Positions 1 to 9,812 are shown, counted from the first letter of the stretch. The stretch: DNA of 64,000 nt from Actinomycetota bacterium (GCA_039933515.1 JBDTNY010000129.1:9254-73253), one strand, 5' to 3'. Numbers and translations are program-made. Notes: generated by a model not told the origin, from the letters alone.

Positions 1-1430
1 CGACCCCAGTGCGGGCCGCCGTACGGGTTGAGCAAGACGGGGAGCGGTTCAGTCGGTGTCGCCCCGTGCGGCGTGAGCACCGCGGTCCGCAACTCCTTCG
101 GCCCGAGCGACAGGAAGACCGGCTTCGCCTCGAGCACCGGCGTCGCTGCGTTCCGCGTGAACGTGTGCACCGTCGAGGCGGCGCGCTGCAGGGCGGCCGT
201 CGGGAACGGCGCGTCGACGGTCTCGGACACGACGACGGCGAGCTCTCCTTCCACGACGGCGCCGTGCACGCCTGTCCCCTCGCTGATCCGGGCGAGCGCC
301 CCATCGGCGCCGAGGCGCCAGACATGCAGCTCGGTCGGCTCTTCAGCGGCGAGGAACACGATCGCGTCGCCCGCCGCGAGCACCGAATCGACCTGGAGCC
401 CGGCCGGGGTCACGGGCGCGTCATCGATCAGGAGCGCCCGGGTATCGTCGCGGTGGCCGGCCATCAGGAGCCGGCCACCGGGGAGCCACGCGGGCACACC
501 GGGCGTGATGTGTGTCCAGACGTCGTCGTGGTCCTCCCACTCGACCTCGGTGCGGCCCGTGTCGGGGTCGATCGCGAGCACCTTCATCGTGCGCTGGTCG
601 CGGGACTGGACCAACAAGAGCGGTGGTCCTTCCTCCGTCCACGAGACGGCCACCACGTACTCGAGAGCCTCGCGGTCCCACGTGACGTCGACCCGCGAGC
701 CGTCGAGCCCGAACACGTGCAGCGTGACGATCGAGTTCTGCGTGCCGGCCCGCGGGTAGCGCACAGCGCGTGGCCGTGAGGTCGGATCGATCGGCGACGC
801 GATGTGCCAGATCGGCAACGGTCTGTCGTCCACGCGGCACGCGAGCAGCCGGGTCCCGTCGGGCGCCCACCAGTACCCTCGTCGGCGTTCCATCTCTTCG
901 GCCGCGACGAACTCCGCGATACCCCAGTGGACGTCTGGATCCTTATCGTGGGCGAGACGGCGGTCGGTGCCCGCCGTGACGTCGATCGTGTGCAGCTCGC
1001 CACCGGTGACGTACGCGACCTGACGACCGGTGGGGTCCGGCCGGGCGTCGAACGCCGGTCCCGCCGGTGTCAGCTCCCGGATCCCGCCCTCCACGAGATC
1101 CGCGACGAGCAGGTGATCGCCCACGACGAACGATGCGATCGTCAGCGCCGGGTCCGCGGCGTACGTCACGACGCCCGTCTGGCTCTCGCGCATGCGCTCT
1201 CGCCGGTCACGCTCTTCCTCGGTGACGTGATCCTCGGCATCGGGGCCGTGCACGAGTCGCTCACGGTCCGCGGCGACATCGAAGACCCACAGCGAGGCGA
1301 GCGGATCCTCACCGGTCGCGGTCCGTAAGAAAGCGACCCGCGATCCGTCGGACGCGATCGAGAAGGACCGGGGAAGGCCGAGGTTGAAGCCACGCGTCCG
1401 CGCGTACTGGCGTGGGAACGATTCCGTCAT
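1..1430 (-). CDS. S9 family peptidase, dipeptidyl-peptidase IV-like N-terminal region (gene continues past left edge of window)
   Basis: Absent from the ORF track because there is no stop in the window. My reverse-complement translation from ATG (1430-1428) reads MTESFPRQYARTRGFNLGLPRSFSIASDGSRVAFLRT...YWWAPDGTRLLACRVDD... and stays open to position 1. This is a typical DPP-IV/S9B N-terminus. Confidence 0.75.
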   Translation of the reverse strand, partial: MTESFPRQYARTRGFNLGLPRSFSIASDGSRVAFLRTATGEDPLASLWVFDVAADRERLVHGPDAEDHVTEEERDRRERMRESQTGVVTYAADPALTIASFVVGDHLLVADLVEGGIRELTPAGPAFDARPDPTGRQVAYVTGGELHTIDVTAGTDRRLAHDKDPDVHWGIAEFVAAEEMERRRGYWWAPDGTRLLACRVDDRPLPIWHIASPIDPTSRPRAVRYPRAGTQNSIVTLHVFGLDGSRVDVTWDREALEYVVAVSWTEEGPPLLLVQSRDQRTMKVLAIDPDTGRTEVEWEDHDDVWTHITPGVPAWLPGGRLLMAGHRDDTRALLIDDAPVTPAGLQVDSVLAAGDAIVFLAAEEPTELHVWRLGADGALARISEGTGVHGAVVEGELAVVVSETVDAPFPTAALQRAASTVHTFTRNAATPVLEAKPVFLSLGPKELRTAVLTPHGATPTEPLPVLLNPYGGPHWG

Positions 1431-1459
1431 GCGGGCACGCTAGCATCGGACGTCTGCTC

Positions 1460-2497
1460 GTGGAGGTGAGCCCGATCCGCGCCTGGCTGTTGCACGATGT
1501 CACCGGTCCCGAGGCGTACGCCCTCGGCGAGGTTCCCACGCCCGAGCCCGGTCCGGGCGAGGTCCGGATCGCGCTCCGCGCCTCCGCGCTGAACCATCTG
1601 GATCTATGGGTCGCGCGGGGCTTGCCACGTCCGCCCTCGCTTCCCCACGTGGGCGGGGCCGACGGCGCGGGCGTGGTCGACTCGGTCGGCACCGGCGTGA
1701 TGGGCGTCGCCGTGGGCGACGAGGTGATGATTGACCCGTCGACGTCGTGCGGCGCGTGCGAGGCCTGCCTTCACGGCGACATCACGTTCTGCAACACCTT
1801 CAGGATCGTGGGCGAACATCGATGGGGTGCCCATGCCGAACACGTCGTGGTGCCGGCGGTGAACGCCGTGCGGAAACCGACCCATCTGGACTGGGCCGAG
1901 GCGTCGGCGTTCGGGCTGGTCATGTCGTCGGCGTTGCGGATGCTCCGGCAGGCGCTCGTGCGGACGGGTGACCGCGTGCTCGTGATCGGGATCGGCGGTG
2001 GCACCTCGACCGCGGCCTTCCAGCTCGCCTTGGCGCTCGGCGCGGAAGTGTTCGCAACCTCGACGAAATCGGACAAGCTCGCGTGGGCGCTCGATCACGG
2101 AGCCGCAGGCAGCTTCGACTCCTCGGGCGACTTCGACCGGGCGGTCCGTCACGCGACCGACGGCCTCGGGGTCGACATCGTGGTCGACAACGTCGGTCCG
2201 GCGACGTTCGAGCGCTCGATCCGGTCCCTCGCGCGTGGTGGACGGCTCGTCACGAACGGCTCCACCAGCGGGCGCACCGCCGAACTCCACCTCCCAACGC
2301 TCTTCTGGCGACAGCTGCACGTGATCGGCTCGACGATGAACGACCACCGCGAGTTCGCCGACGCTGTGGGCATGCTGGATCGAGGCGAGGTCGAGCCGGT
2401 GCCGGTCGATTCGACCTTTCCGTTCGAGGCCTTCCCGGCGGCGCTCGCCCGGCTCGACGCCGGTGATCAACTCGGCAAGATCGTCCTCGAGCGCTGA
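1460..2497 (+). CDS. zinc-binding alcohol dehydrogenase / MDR-family NAD(P)-dependent oxidoreductase
   Basis: Track ORF 1412..2497. Motifs seen: GADGAGVV, CGACEACLHGD, and the LVIGIGGG nucleotide-binding loop. The track start at 1412 would overlap the divergent peptidase start, so GTG at 1460 or 1466 is more likely. Confidence 0.8.
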   Translation: MEVSPIRAWLLHDVTGPEAYALGEVPTPEPGPGEVRIALRASALNHLDLWVARGLPRPPSLPHVGGADGAGVVDSVGTGVMGVAVGDEVMIDPSTSCGACEACLHGDITFCNTFRIVGEHRWGAHAEHVVVPAVNAVRKPTHLDWAEASAFGLVMSSALRMLRQALVRTGDRVLVIGIGGGTSTAAFQLALALGAEVFATSTKSDKLAWALDHGAAGSFDSSGDFDRAVRHATDGLGVDIVVDNVGPATFERSIRSLARGGRLVTNGSTSGRTAELHLPTLFWRQLHVIGSTMNDHREFADAVGMLDRGEVEPVPVDSTFPFEAFPAALARLDAGDQLGKIVLER

Positions 2498-2621
2498 CCG
2501 GCCCCGCCGGGGAACCACCGCGCCGATCCTCGTCGTCCAACCGGCCTGTCACGCCGGAACCGCCTCGCGGCATGTAGCTGGAGAACCGACCCGCGAGGAC
2601 CCACGACGAAGGGGACACCCC

Positions 2622-3209
2622 GTGCCGGACCAGCGCACCGATACCGAGCTCCTGCTCGCATCACGAGATGAGCCGGACGCGTTCACCGAGCTCTACCGGC
2701 GGCACGCGGAGGATCTGCTCAGGTATTTCGCGCGCCGCACGCTGGATCCCGAGACGGCGGCCGAGCTCACGGCCGAGACCTTCGCCGAGGCGTTCGCCTC
2801 ACGGCAGAGTTACACCGACAAGGGGGTGAACGGCGTGGCGTGGATCTACGGCATCGCCCGGCACCGGCTGGGACGCTTCTTCCGCAGCGGACGGGTCGAC
2901 GCGAGCGCGCGCCGCCGCATCGGGATCCCCGAGCGCGAGCTCCCTCTCGAGGATTACGAACGCATCGAGGACCTGATCGATTTCGCGCCGATCCGCGGCG
3001 CCCTGAGCGAGGCCCTGGAGACCCTGAGCCCCGACCAGCGCGACGCGATGAAGCTTCGCGTGATCGACGAGATGGGCTACCCGGAGGTCGCCTCACGGCT
3101 CGGCTGCAGCGAGGCGAACGCCCGCCAGCGCGTGAGCCGTGGCCTGCGGAAGGTGGCGCTGATGCTGCAAGAGCGCGGGATGCAGCTGACCACGGAGGTC
3201 GAGGCATGA
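2622..3209 (+). CDS. ECF-type RNA polymerase sigma factor (sigma-70 family)
   Basis: In-frame GTG at residue 54 of track ORF 2463..3209. Region 2 (FTELYRRHAEDLLRYF...AELTAETFAEAF) and region 4 (LSPDQRDAMKLRVIDEMGYPEVASRLGCSEANARQRVSRGL) are recognisable. Confidence 0.85.
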   Translation: MPDQRTDTELLLASRDEPDAFTELYRRHAEDLLRYFARRTLDPETAAELTAETFAEAFASRQSYTDKGVNGVAWIYGIARHRLGRFFRSGRVDASARRRIGIPERELPLEDYERIEDLIDFAPIRGALSEALETLSPDQRDAMKLRVIDEMGYPEVASRLGCSEANARQRVSRGLRKVALMLQERGMQLTTEVEA

Positions 3210-4378
3210 ACACGGAGATCCGATTCTTGCAGCAGTTCGAGGCCGATCTGACCGAGGCAGCAGCTCGCGAGACCGCCGTGCTGTCGAGCGCCGCCTCCGG
3301 GTCGGGCTCGGGGTACGTGAAAGGCCGCTCGCGCCGCCTTCCCCTGCGTGAGCGCCAATGGGGTGGGATCGCCGCGGCGCTCGTCGCGTTCGTCGTGCTG
3401 GCTGGAAGCATCGGGTTCTTGAGCCAGCACTCGAGCCAAGACTCGTCGGCCGCCAGCGCGGGGTTCAAAGACTCGGGCGACACCGTGGGCGGCGTTCCCG
3501 CCGACCCTGCCGCGACCCTGCCCAAGGCCGCCACCTGGGAGCAAGCTTCCCCGGCGCCCGCGCCTGGACTCGATGAAGGGGGGACCCGGGCGGGCACGCT
3601 GACGAGCGGCGGCCTTACCTATTCCGCGTTCGACGATGCGAGCGGCGGAAGCGGCCAACCCGCTCTTAACGGCACGTCGGGCCTGCCCGCCGCGCAGCCC
3701 CAAGGCGACCTCTCGAAGATCGTGCGCGACGGACGCATCTCGGTCATCGTGCCCGACGGGAAGTTCGAGACCTCGCTCGCGAGCGTGGCGCGTGTCGCCA
3801 CGAGCCTCGGAGGCTTCGTCCTCACGTCGTCGACACGAGACCAGAACACGGGCACCTTCACCCTTCGGATCCCCGCGAAGAAGTTCGACGTCGCGATGGA
3901 GCGGCTCCGCGGGATCGGCGAGGTCAAAGCCGACGAGGTCACCGGTGAGGACGTCACCGCCGAGTTCATCGACCAGACCGCCCGGCTAAGGATCTTGCTC
4001 GGCCAGCGCGACCTCCTGCGCAGCCTGCAGGCGAAGGCCACATCGTCCTCCGAGATCCTCCGGTTCGCCGGACTGATCGATCAGACCCAGTTCGAGATCG
4101 AGAAGTCTCAGGGTCAGCTGCGGTTCATCAAGAACCAGGTGGCCGAGGCGACGATCAAGGTGGAGCTGCGGGAACAGCACGCGCCCGAAGAGTCGCCCTC
4201 GCCGACGACCGACAACCCCAGCCTGGGCGATGCGATCCGACTGGGATGGGAGGGGTTCCTTCGCGTCGTGAGCGCCGTGATCATCGGGCTCGGCTATCTG
4301 GTGCCCGTCGCCGCGATCGGGCTTGCGATCTGGGCGATCGTCACGCTGGTGCGGCGCCGCCGTCACGCAGCCAGCTGA
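3206..4378 (+). CDS. DUF4349-like single-pass membrane protein, putative cognate anti-sigma factor
   Basis: ATG at 3206 overlaps the sigma stop codon (ATGA). It has an N-terminal cytoplasmic segment and a TM (IAAALVAFVVLAGSIGF). The body (RISVIVPDGKFETSL...TGTFTLRIPAKKFDVAMERL...coiled region) and C-terminal TM are typical of DUF4349. The upstream part of track ORF 2840..4378 is Arg-rich junk. Confidence 0.65.
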   Translation: MNTEIRFLQQFEADLTEAAARETAVLSSAASGSGSGYVKGRSRRLPLRERQWGGIAAALVAFVVLAGSIGFLSQHSSQDSSAASAGFKDSGDTVGGVPADPAATLPKAATWEQASPAPAPGLDEGGTRAGTLTSGGLTYSAFDDASGGSGQPALNGTSGLPAAQPQGDLSKIVRDGRISVIVPDGKFETSLASVARVATSLGGFVLTSSTRDQNTGTFTLRIPAKKFDVAMERLRGIGEVKADEVTGEDVTAEFIDQTARLRILLGQRDLLRSLQAKATSSSEILRFAGLIDQTQFEIEKSQGQLRFIKNQVAEATIKVELREQHAPEESPSPTTDNPSLGDAIRLGWEGFLRVVSAVIIGLGYLVPVAAIGLAIWAIVTLVRRRRHAAS

Positions 4379-4925
4379 GCGCACGGAACCGTTCGGCCGC
4401 CGTCGAGGCCACTGCGGCGTCGTCGCCGACCCGGCCCTCGGTGGCGCCGAACCACGCGTCGGCCTCCATCCAGGCCGCATCGAACTCGTCGGCGGCACGG
4501 AGCCGCCCCTCGGCCCGGAACGCCGCCACCGAGCCGTACCGCGTGATCGCCGCCTCCAGATCGTGCGCGGGAAACTCCGCTCCGTAGGGCGCCATCTCGC
4601 CCAGGTGCCCGAGCGCCCACAGCAGCACCCCGAGGGCTTCGCGACGCCAGAGGGCGTCATCGATCGCCGGCTTCGGCCATGTGCCCGACGCCGTCTCGAA
4701 CAAGCGCCGCTCCGTCGCGGTCAAGGCGTCGCCGAGCGACTCGCGGGCGATCCATCGGTCGGTCTCGACCCGGGCGGCCTCGGCCTGTGCCATCCGGGAT
4801 GGCTCGAGGGCGAACTCCCCGAGCGCAAGCTCGATCGTCCCGCGCCGCGTCAGCGCGTAAAGGATCAATGCGCGGTCCGCGACCTCGTCGGCGCCGGGGG
4901 GTGCCATGCTCGTCTCCCCAGTCAC
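4341..4925 (-). CDS. DUF4272-like hypothetical protein
   Basis: Track ORF of 194 aa with acidic, Trp-rich, protein-like composition ([21 protein letters not shown]...). Its start overlaps the recR stop by 4 nt. Confidence 0.6.
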   Translation of the reverse strand: MTGETSMAPPGADEVADRALILYALTRRGTIELALGEFALEPSRMAQAEAARVETDRWIARESLGDALTATERRLFETASGTWPKPAIDDALWRREALGVLLWALGHLGEMAPYGAEFPAHDLEAAITRYGSVAAFRAEGRLRAADEFDAAWMEADAWFGATEGRVGDDAAVASTAAERFRALSWLRDGGAAPA

Positions 4926-5518
4926 ATCTCCCGCCGGCCCTCGAGGGCCTGCGAGAGGGTCACTTCGTCGGCGTACTCCAGGTCGCCCCCGACCGGCAGT
5001 CCGCTCGCGAGCCGCGTCACTTTGACCCCCAGCGGCTTCAGCAACGCGGCGACGTACATCGCGGTGGCGTTCCCTTCGAGGTTCGGGTTCGTCGCGAGGA
5101 TCACCTCCTGTACGTGGTCGCGTTCGACCCGGTCGAGCAACTCCTGCACGCGAAGGTCGTCGGGTCCGATCCCATCGAGGGGGCTGATCGCCCCGCCCAG
5201 GATGTGGAAGCGCCCCTGGATCAGAGCGGCCTTCTCCAGCGTGGCGGCGTCCTTAGGTTCCTCGACCACACAGAGCTGCGTGCGGTCGCGCGATTCGTCG
5301 CGGCAGACGCGACAGAGATCGCCTTCGGCGACGTTGCCGCATTCACGGCAGAAGAAGATGCGTTCTTTGGCCTCGATGATCGCCTGAGCGAGCCGTTTGG
5401 CGTCGTCGATCGGCGCCTTGACCAGCCAGAAGGCCAGCCGTTGCGCCGACTTCGGGCCGACGCCGGGCAGGCGGGCCAGCTCGTCGATCAGCTCTTGGAT
5501 CGGGCCTTCGTACCCCAT
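4922..5518 (-). CDS. recR: recombination protein RecR
   Basis: Internal ATG at residue 123 of track ORF 4922..5884. Sequence reads [32 protein letters not shown], with zinc finger [16 protein letters not shown] and a Toprim-like C-terminus. It is 198 aa. Confidence 0.95.
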   Translation of the reverse strand: MGYEGPIQELIDELARLPGVGPKSAQRLAFWLVKAPIDDAKRLAQAIIEAKERIFFCRECGNVAEGDLCRVCRDESRDRTQLCVVEEPKDAATLEKAALIQGRFHILGGAISPLDGIGPDDLRVQELLDRVERDHVQEVILATNPNLEGNATAMYVAALLKPLGVKVTRLASGLPVGGDLEYADEVTLSQALEGRREM

Positions 5519-5520
5519 GC

Positions 5521-7341
5521 CTATCCCGTGTCCCCGGCAGGATCCACGGGCGTAGCGCCCAGCACCTCTTGTACCCGACGGAGTGCCTCGGCCTCGTCGG
5601 GTACGTCCTCCTCGTCGACGACCTCCACCGCCGCAACACCGCCCACCGGGTCCCGCGCCTCTCGTACGACGCAGGTGATGACCGGCGAGATCCCGAAGAG
5701 ATCGTTCAACGCCGAGCGAAGTTCGTCCTGGCGGTCGGCGACCTTCTGCGGGCCGACCTTGCGGTCGGGCGGGAACGCCAATTCCAGGGTCGCGCCGTCG
5801 AACGCCGACACAGTGGCCGACTCGAGGATCGCCTTCAGGATCGGCTGCCGGCTCGAGCCGAGATGATCGATCAGCGAAGGCCACGAACGGCGAAGCATCG
5901 TGACGTCGACGCTGCCGGCGTCGGCGGCGTGCGGCACCGGCATCTGGGTCGCGTGCTCCTCGGGCGCCGATGGCTTCGAGGCAGCGGGTTCGGGCTCGGG
6001 CGGCGGCGCGATCGGCGCCTCGGCCGCCTCCGGGATCGTGGTGACGTCCTCGATCGGGGAGGCGGCGAGCTCGGGCGACTCGATCGGCGCGGCGGGCGCC
6101 GGGATCTCGACGTCGTCAGCCGGGCTGGGCGTGCGGGCATGCGTAGGCGCCGACGCCGTCGGCACCACCGAGCCCGCCTCCAGGTTCGCGAGCCGCTCCA
6201 GCCGTTCCAGGCGAGCGACCAGCCCCGCGGGACTCGGGTCGGTATCGGGGATCGTCGCGCGTACGAGCGCGAGCTCGAGCGAGATGCGGGGCGAGGTCGT
6301 CCAGCGCATGTCTTGCTGGGCGGCGAGCAGCAGGGAGATCACGCGCGCGAGTTCGCCCGGCGTGTACTTCTCGGCCTGGACCCGCAGGGCTTCGTAGGCG
6401 TCGGCGGCCACGTCGATCAGGTCGTGCTGGCCGGGCGCGGTCTTCGCGAGCAGCAGGTTCCGGAAGTGCCCGAGCGACTCGGCGGTGACGTTGCGCAGAT
6501 CCTGACCGTCTTGCACCAGCCGGTCGACCACCTCGAACGCAGTGCGCGCGTCGCCCACGGCGACCGCGTCTGCCAGCTCCTGCTGGACCTCGCCTCGAGG
6601 GGCACCCAGGAGCGCCCGGATCGCGTCGTCGTCGATCGTGGCGCCGCCCAGCACGCTCGCCTGGTCCAGCAGCGAGATCGCATCGCGCGCGGAACCCTCG
6701 GCCTGACGCGCGATCGAGTGCGCAGCCGAAGGTTCCAGCGTGACGCCTTCCTTCTGCGCGATGTCGGTGAGGTGCGCGGCGAGCTGCTCCATCGAGAGCC
6801 GCCGGAAGTCGAACCGCTGGCATCGCCCCACGATCGTGGCCGGCATCTTGTGCGGCTCGGTGGTCGCGAGCACGAACCGCACCCCGGCCGGCGGCTCTTC
6901 GAAGACCTTCAACAGGGCGTCGAACGCCTCGCGGGACAGGCGCTGCGCCTCGTCGATGATGTAGACCTTCTCGCGGCCCTGCACCGGCGCGGTCGGCGCC
7001 TTCTCGCGGAGCTCGCGCGCGTCCTCGACCCCTCCATGACTCGCCGCGTCGATCTCGACGACGTCCAGGTGGGTGCCCTCACGGATCGTTACGCACTGCG
7101 AACACACGCCGCAGGGCTCAGCCGTGGGGCCGTTCTCGCAGTTGACCATCTTGGCGAGGATCCGAGCCGTCGAGGTCTTCCCCGTCCCCCGCGGCCCGCA
7201 GAACAGGAACGCATGATGCAGGCGGCCCTCGCGGATCGAACCGGTGAGCGCGCGCACCACGTGGTCCTGACCCAGGACTTCGGTGGGCGTCTGCGGCCGA
7301 TACCGGCGGTACAGAGCCTGGTGCTGCTTCTCGTCCGCCAC
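5521..7341 (-). CDS. dnaX: DNA polymerase III subunit gamma/tau
   Basis: Sequence reads [24 protein letters not shown]...[17 protein letters not shown]...CGVCSQC. I place the start at GTG 7341 (VADEKQHQ) because the track start at 7401 would overlap the 3' end of the SRP RNA. Confidence 0.93.
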   Translation of the reverse strand: MADEKQHQALYRRYRPQTPTEVLGQDHVVRALTGSIREGRLHHAFLFCGPRGTGKTSTARILAKMVNCENGPTAEPCGVCSQCVTIREGTHLDVVEIDAASHGGVEDARELREKAPTAPVQGREKVYIIDEAQRLSREAFDALLKVFEEPPAGVRFVLATTEPHKMPATIVGRCQRFDFRRLSMEQLAAHLTDIAQKEGVTLEPSAAHSIARQAEGSARDAISLLDQASVLGGATIDDDAIRALLGAPRGEVQQELADAVAVGDARTAFEVVDRLVQDGQDLRNVTAESLGHFRNLLLAKTAPGQHDLIDVAADAYEALRVQAEKYTPGELARVISLLLAAQQDMRWTTSPRISLELALVRATIPDTDPSPAGLVARLERLERLANLEAGSVVPTASAPTHARTPSPADDVEIPAPAAPIESPELAASPIEDVTTIPEAAEAPIAPPPEPEPAASKPSAPEEHATQMPVPHAADAGSVDVTMLRRSWPSLIDHLGSSRQPILKAILESATVSAFDGATLELAFPPDRKVGPQKVADRQDELRSALNDLFGISPVITCVVREARDPVGGVAAVEVVDEEDVPDEAEALRRVQEVLGATPVDPAGDTG

Positions 7342-7391
7342 TCGCTGCCTTTCCGCACCCGGAGGCGCTCCCCTCGCGGGGACACAGATGT

Positions 7392-7662
7392 GGCCGTGCA
7401 CCCGCCTCCGACCACGGATACCTCGGTCGCTACCTCAACTCAGAGCTCCAGCCAGGCATCCCTACGGCACCCACCAGGCTCCGCTTACGGCTGCTTCCTT
7501 CCGGACCTGACCGGGTTCGCGGTCTGGAGTCGCGCAGGACCCGACCTTCAACGCTCCGTGACGAGGGCTGCCCCGGACCATCCGGGCCTCGGGCGGGGAT
7601 TCAGCCCCGCTGAAGCGGATCGCGGGTTACAGGGCACCGCTGGCTCCCCACCTAGCACGGCC
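7392..7662 (-). ncRNA. ffs: signal recognition particle RNA, large Bacillus-type form with Alu domain (about 271 nt)
   Basis: The minus strand reads GGCCGUGCUAGGUGGGGAGCCAGCGGUGCCCUGUAACCCGCGAUCCGCUUCAGCGGGGCUGAAUCCCC...GGGUCCUGCGCGACUCC...GGUCAGGUCCGGAAGGAAGCAGCCGUAAGCGG...GGUAGCGACCGAGG...GGGUGCACGGCC. The domain IV motif AGGUCCGGAAGGAAGCAGC is exact. The 5' and 3' blocks match the B. subtilis scRNA as I remember it. Position upstream of dnaX is conserved synteny. Confidence 0.88.
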
Positions 7663-7670
7663 ACGCGGGG

Positions 7671-7676
7671 AGTATA
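7671..7676 (-). promoter_or_regulatory. -10 box TATACT for SRP RNA
   Basis: The minus strand reads cgcgTATACTccccgcgtGGCCGUGC. The hexamer ends 8 nt before the predicted RNA 5' end. Confidence 0.5.
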
Positions 7677-7791
7677 CGCGGGGCGCCGGACAGGGCCGCG
7701 GGCGCCCGATCGTCGGAACCATGGCGGGGGCGGCCACCGTCCAACGGATGTCCGCCGCGCCGGCGGCCGCATCACTCCCAAGGAGGACCGT

Positions 7792-8289
7792 ATGCAGATC
7801 CGTACCCGCGCCGCCGCCGCGCTGTTCGTCGCGATCGCCGCGGTGGCGATCGCGGGGGTCGCCGGAGCCGCCGGTCCCGGTAACGCCTGCGGGGAGCAGA
7901 TCAACGGCACCGGGCCCGAGGCGACGGTTTCATACGAGATGTGCCCCGGCGACCCAGGGCTGAGCCCGGAACCGCTGCCCGGGCCACAGATCGTTGAGCC
8001 CACGCCCGGCATGGCGAACGTCCGAGCGCGGCCTTACGACACAGCGGTCGTTGGCCCGGACGACCGAACGGTCACGATCGACTTCTGGAGTGGCATCGAG
8101 CCCTGCACGGTGCTCGATCGCGTGCAGGTCGCCTACGGACCCAACGCCGTCACGATCACCCTGTTCGAAGGGAACGACCCGACCGCAGACGACGTGGCGT
8201 GCATCGAGATCGCCGTCCAGAAGCGCGTCGTGATCACCCTCGATGCGTCGCTCGGCGGGCGTGACCTCGTGGACGGGGCCGCCGCCTGA
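7792..8289 (+). CDS. secreted hypothetical protein
   Basis: This is the last 166 codons of the artefactual 906-aa track ORF 5569..8289. AAGGAGGA lies 5 nt upstream of the ATG. Signal peptide MQIRTRAAAALFVAIAAVAIAGVAGAAG. Confidence 0.7.
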   Translation: MQIRTRAAAALFVAIAAVAIAGVAGAAGPGNACGEQINGTGPEATVSYEMCPGDPGLSPEPLPGPQIVEPTPGMANVRARPYDTAVVGPDDRTVTIDFWSGIEPCTVLDRVQVAYGPNAVTITLFEGNDPTADDVACIEIAVQKRVVITLDASLGGRDLVDGAAA

Positions 8290-8293
8290 GCCG

Positions 8294-9082
8294 TCAGGGC
8301 CGGACCCAGACCTCCCAGTCGGAGATCGGCGCGAACCCCAGGGACTCGTACATCGAGCGCGCCATCTCGGACGGGTGGAGCCATGCGAGGTCCGCGCCGG
8401 GGAAGGCTCGTGCCGCGCGCAACGTGAGCGCCGCCCCGATACCCGAACGCCGGGCCTCCGGCACGACGGCCACGCCCATCACGCTCACGGCCCCCCGGAC
8501 CAGGTAGCCGGTCGAGATGCCGACCGGCTCGTCGCCGCGCCACGCGAGGAACGCCTGCACACCCTCGACGCCGCGCGCCCCGGCTCCGTAGACGGCCTTG
8601 CCGACCTCGGGGTCGTCCTCGAACGACGCGACGCCCACGGCAACCAGGCCCTCGACGTCGGCATCGGTGATCACCGGCCGGATCTCGACGCCCGGAGGCG
8701 TCTGGGCGTCGGCGAGATCGTGCAGGTCGCATGCCATCGCCGGACGCGTGAGCTTGATCGAGAGGCCGAGGCTCCGCACGGCTCGGTCGACGGCGGCGTG
8801 TCGTCCGGCTTGGAGGTGCACGCCGAGCGGGAAGCCGCGACGCACCGACTCGCTCTCGACCAGACGGAGCGAACCGACGGCGTCCCTGGGCGCACGCTCG
8901 ACGATGGCCCCGTTCAACGCGGGATCCGGCTGGTTCGAGAACGCGAGCACGTATCCGTCCAGCTCCAGGACCTCGGCGCCGACGACACGTTCGCGACGCT
9001 TGCGCTCGGCGTCGACGGCTCCTAGCGCGATCCGTTCCGCAACGTCCACAAGGTGAGTGTGACAGGTAGGGGCGGACGTCAA
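8294..9082 (-). CDS. GNAT family N-acetyltransferase
   Basis: Acetyl-CoA binding motif VMGVAVVPEARRSGIGAALT, with C-terminal SMYESLGF. Confidence 0.8.
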   Translation of the reverse strand: MTSAPTCHTHLVDVAERIALGAVDAERKRRERVVGAEVLELDGYVLAFSNQPDPALNGAIVERAPRDAVGSLRLVESESVRRGFPLGVHLQAGRHAAVDRAVRSLGLSIKLTRPAMACDLHDLADAQTPPGVEIRPVITDADVEGLVAVGVASFEDDPEVGKAVYGAGARGVEGVQAFLAWRGDEPVGISTGYLVRGAVSVMGVAVVPEARRSGIGAALTLRAARAFPGADLAWLHPSEMARSMYESLGFAPISDWEVWVRP

Positions 9083-9095
9083 GTGCCTGTAGCCT

Positions 9096-9812
9096 GTGGC
9101 CTCGATGCGTCCGGTGGGTGCGGTGCTCGTGGACTTCGACGGAACGGCGTGTTCTCACGACGTCGCCGCGCACCTGCTGAACGAGTTCGCCGATCCCTCC
9201 TGGCGCTCATGGGAAGCGGCGGTCAACCGGGGCGATATCGGGCTCCGCGAGGCGATCATCGAGGAAAACGCGACGCTGCGGACCGACCGCGAGACCATGC
9301 TCGCATTCGCGCTGGCCCATTGCCCGATCGACCCGACGTTCGCGCCGTTCTGCAGGTGGCTCGAGAGCCTCGACGTGCCTGTCGCCGTGGTCTCCGACGG
9401 GTTCGGATTCTACATCGACGCGATCTTGGACGCGGCGGGCCTCGGCCACGTCCGGGTTCTCACGAACCAGCAGCGTTGGAGCACCGAGGAGATGCCAGCC
9501 GGATTGACGTTCGGTCACCCGCATCCGCAGTGCGTGGGGTGCGGGACTTGCAAGATGCGCGCCGTCACGATGTACCGCGAGGCGCACGGACCGGTCGCGT
9601 TCGTCGGCGAAGGCCAGACGGATCGATACGCGGCCCTCTATGCCGACGTGGTGTTCGCCAAGGACGCGCTCCCCGGCATCTGCGAGAGCGACGGCGTCCC
9701 TTATCTCCCCTGGGATCACTTCGGCGACGTGCGGGTTGCGCTGGAAACGATCGAGGCCCTGCCCGGTGCCGTCGCACCAGTAGTCTGTCCCGGATGGACG
9801 CTCCCCGACTAA
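9096..9812 (+). CDS. HAD-IB family phosphatase (MtnX-like)
   Basis: Motif I is VLVDFDGT; later motifs VVSDGF and FVGEGQTDRYAA are present. The start could instead be the ATG at 9105. Confidence 0.75.
   Translation: MASMRPVGAVLVDFDGTACSHDVAAHLLNEFADPSWRSWEAAVNRGDIGLREAIIEENATLRTDRETMLAFALAHCPIDPTFAPFCRWLESLDVPVAVVSDGFGFYIDAILDAAGLGHVRVLTNQQRWSTEEMPAGLTFGHPHPQCVGCGTCKMRAVTMYREAHGPVAFVGEGQTDRYAALYADVVFAKDALPGICESDGVPYLPWDHFGDVRVALETIEALPGAVAPVVCPGWTLPD

Noticed and set aside
7560-7662. Possible tRNA-Ser or tRNA-Sec between ffs and the next gene, as in mycobacterial synteny (GCGGGGCTGAATCCCCGC looks like a T-arm)
   Set aside because: No acceptor stem or anticodon arm could be folded. The segment aligns instead with the Alu domain of a long SRP RNA.
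5569-8289. 906-aa plus-strand ORF, the longest in the track
   Set aside because: It is antisense to dnaX and runs through the SRP RNA. Composition is extreme Arg/Gly/Asp/His with no motifs. Only its last 166 codons (7792-8289, with its own SD and signal peptide) look coding.
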